From: Macrostomum lignano
Lineage: Eukaryota
Length of the DNA stretch: 64,000 nt
Direction: 5' to 3'
NCBI GenBank assembly: GCA_002269645.1
Contig: NIVC01001557.1
Location: 124,001-188,000 of the forward strand
The translations under genes were made by a program, and so were the position numbers. Under the pieces are notes generated by a model. The model saw only the letters and a list, made by a program, of their open reading frames with translations. It did not search any database and was not told the DNA's origin. This document shows positions 62,901 to 64,000 of the stretch, one piece after another. Position 1 is the stretch's first letter. Each line of letters opens with the position of its first letter.

Positions 62901-64000
62901 GCTGAAAGATCTGGCTGGCAGGCAAGTGGCCCAGTCAAGGTACGTTGCAAAAATTCTCACCTGAAAAAAGCAAGCAATCTGCACGTAGTACTAATTAGAT
63001 GACGAGGCATTCAGCCTTGATAATATAGCCTAAATTACTCCTGCCGTTTACCAAAAATTCGAAGTTTGTGAAATTCAAAAACAGAGTTGTGGGTCCTCCA
63101 CCTGTATCATTGTGATACAGTCCATTGTCTATTGTAAGACCTGCCATCACTCTTCAAATTGATCCAGAATTTGCTATGACTTGATGCAATAAACAGTCAG
63201 CAACACTCAAGCAATATGCAAATGAGCAGATTGAAATAAAGATAGCTTACAGATAGCCATAGGCTTCAGCTCCATGTGGGTTATTGCCATAATATATAGA
63301 GACAGTCAGTGTGGACCATGTGGTTGCATTCCAATTACATAGACTTCACTGATTACTTACATCAAAGGTTACAACTGTCACAGTTAAACAAGTTGAATAA
63401 AAAAAATCCAAACAAGCAAATCATCCCATTCTTTGTGTTTTACAGTAGGTATATACATTATTTTTTAGAAAAAAAAACCACTAGATGATTAGGCAACCAA
63501 AATTCACAGGAATTCAAAAGCATTTTTTGTCTCCATATAGGCATGTTTCTATGGCTACAACCATCACACTCACACTGTGTCTCATTTGCTTTCAAATAAA
63601 ACTACAGTTCCAAAAAAATTTTTTAAACTACAATTCAGACTTGTTATTTTAGGATAAAAAACTAATGTTAATGACCTTTTTTCATATTACAACAAGCTGT
63701 TGAAACCCGTGGATTTTGAACCCGTGGAATTCCTATCCCCAGAACTATTTTTTGCATGTATTCTACTATCTGAAGTCACACTCAAACAAAAACTTGTTAA
63801 TAGTTAGTAGGATAGAGGTAAACAAAATGGAGTACATTGGCATAAAATTAGGATTTGAGGCAAACATTGATATTGTTGGCTAGGGTGCTTTTTACTTTAA
63901 ATAGGCAATTAATGTTTGTTGGACTCTAAAATATGTATTAGCAAACTCTGGCCTCTGACTCTCCCTACGTCCCTTGAATCCTTTGATACTTCTATCTTCT

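Noticed and set aside
61900-64000. AT-rich right end as a gene or transposon
   Set aside because: No ORF of 60 aa or more, no recognisable motifs or terminal repeats; likely IRS upstream or intergenic DNA.

Overview
Eukaryotic (animal) genomic DNA: GC-rich, poly-Q/A/G-rich exons separated by introns that almost all carry their own minisatellite. This architecture resembles the flatworm Macrostomum, but that taxonomy is inference only. Hand-built gene models with phase-compatible splice sites: (+) an RZ-subfamily RGS gene (RGS17/19/20-like, 5 exons, 263 aa). (-) an insulin receptor substrate (PH + IRS-PTB + three YxxM motifs, 7 exons, ~733 aa), PHF20/MBD-R2-like (Tudor, C2H2, PHD; 3 exons, ~983 aa), TMEM59/BSMAP-like (4 exons, ~369 aa) and NUDT2 Ap4A hydrolase (2 exons, 147 aa). 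The TMEM59-NUDT2 block is tandemly duplicated (~17.6-26.0 kb vs ~34.2-41.0 kb); the left copy holds a NUDT2 pseudogene and a rearranged, frameshifted TMEM59. Between the copies a young Ty3/Gypsy (Mag-like) LTR element (27180-31787, ATGGG TSD) sits inside older retroelement debris. Most notable: (1) two minimal hammerhead ribozymes with covarying stem II, linked to a Penelope-like GIY-YIG fragment inserted in a (GA)n tract; (2) a minisatellite of ~26 tandem CAG|GTGAGT splice-donor consensus sites downstream of the IRS stop; (3) paralog pairs that capture minisatellites growing from 1-2 seed units; (4) a possible trans-spliced co-directional gene cluster. Most long ORFs in the supplied track are repeat artefacts.
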